DNA of 64,000 nt from an uncultured Eubacteriales bacterium (lineage in GTDB: Bacteria; Bacillota; Clostridia; Oscillospirales; Oscillospiraceae): the NCBI GenBank assembly GCA_902465435.1, contig CABQNH010000005.1, forward strand, positions 10,889 to 74,888, written 5' to 3'. Within the stretch, counting starts at the first letter, position 1. Each line of letters begins with the position of its first letter. Below are positions 63,071 through 64,000 of this stretch, one piece after another. The notes below the pieces were generated by a model. It searched no databases. It saw only the letters and a list, made by a program, of their open reading frames with translations, and had not been told where the DNA came from. Position numbers and translations under genes: made by a program.

Positions 63071-63595
63071 TTGGCGAAGAAGGAAAAGAAGCCGGAAGAG
63101 GCCAAAGAAGCACCGGAAACACCGGAAACGCAGGCGTCCGCAGAGACGGCAAAGCCGACCGAAGCGGATGCGCTGAAGGATGAGCTGGCGCAGCAGAAGG
63201 AAAGCTTCCTGCGGCTGGCTGCGGAATATGATAACTTCCGCAAGCGCACACAGAAGGAGAAGGACGGTGCCTATACGGACGGCAAGGCCGACGCATGGAA
63301 GCAGCTTCTCCCCGTCTACGATAATCTGGCGCGCGCCATCGCGCAGGAAACTGCCGACAGTGCCTACAAAAAGGGCGTAGAGATGACGATGGCCGAGCTT
63401 CAGAAGATCATGGAAGCACAGAACGTAAAGGAATTCGGCGAAGTCGGCGAAGCGTTCGACCCCAACCGACACAACGCGGTGATGCATACCGAGGACGAAA
63501 ACTTCGGCGAGAATACCATCTGCCAGGTTTTCGCAAAGGGCTTCACCGTCGGCGACCGCGTCATCCGCTTTGCGATGGTGCAGGTAGCAAATTAA
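63071..63595 (+). CDS. grpE: nucleotide exchange factor GrpE
   Basis: RLAAEYDNFRKRTQKE signature. Start set at TTG 63071, 9 nt after GGAGG. The GTG at 63062 abuts the RBS. Confidence 0.88.
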   Translation: MAKKEKKPEEAKEAPETPETQASAETAKPTEADALKDELAQQKESFLRLAAEYDNFRKRTQKEKDGAYTDGKADAWKQLLPVYDNLARAIAQETADSAYKKGVEMTMAELQKIMEAQNVKEFGEVGEAFDPNRHNAVMHTEDENFGENTICQVFAKGFTVGDRVIRFAMVQVAN

Positions 63596-63664
63596 GCATT
63601 TCCCAAAGACGTGCGGCAGCACGCCGTGACAAAATAAAAACGTATACTTTTTCAATGAATATAG

Positions 63665-64000
<336 letters not shown>

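Overview
Visibly GC-rich Firmicutes/Clostridia-type chromosomal window, judged from SLH-anchored surface proteins, CIRCE/HrcA heat-shock control, the gdpP-rplI-dnaB and tilS-hpt-ftsH strings, and BMP-type nucleoside uptake. It is densely coding: about 57 protein genes plus a tRNA-Met/tRNA-Glu pair. I found no rRNA, CRISPR array, transposase, integrase, phage gene or recognisable defence gene. Content in order: HAD fragment, DUF3284-HPr, CIRCE-controlled hsp20; an ABM / translational-GTPase::NYN(YacP/Rae1) fusion / YlmH operon; a cooS-cooC-acsB (CODH/ACS) cluster with no corrinoid or methyl-branch partners nearby, bracketed by related repeat modules; an ECF-type sigma/anti-sigma pair; aminotransferase; DUF2207, lipoprotein, a CsoR/InrS-like regulator and tatD; mnmG, ftsH, hpt, tilS, dnaB, rplI, gdpP-like, RNase J; a large nucleoside-salvage block (udk, BMP ABC importer, cdd, deoB, deoD, tdk); a histidine-rich protein followed by a family-5 (Nik/Opp-like) ABC importer; tRNAs; an ECF-S component with a divergent MocR regulator; two convergent SLH surface proteins, one a 1044-aa BspA-type LRR protein; a NifU-like + GGGtGRT pair; and hrcA-grpE-dnaK (truncated at the window edge). 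The most unusual item is the EF-G/Tet(M)-like GTPase fused to a Rae1-type NYN nuclease and translationally coupled to a YlmH-like S4 protein. Secondary items are a nickel-related gene set (CODH/ACS, CooC, His-rich protein, Nik-like importer, InrS-like repressor), the repeat modules around the CODH/ACS cassette, and a roughly 450-nt non-coding leader upstream of udk. All calls rest on reading the sequence, motifs and the ORF track. No database search was run.
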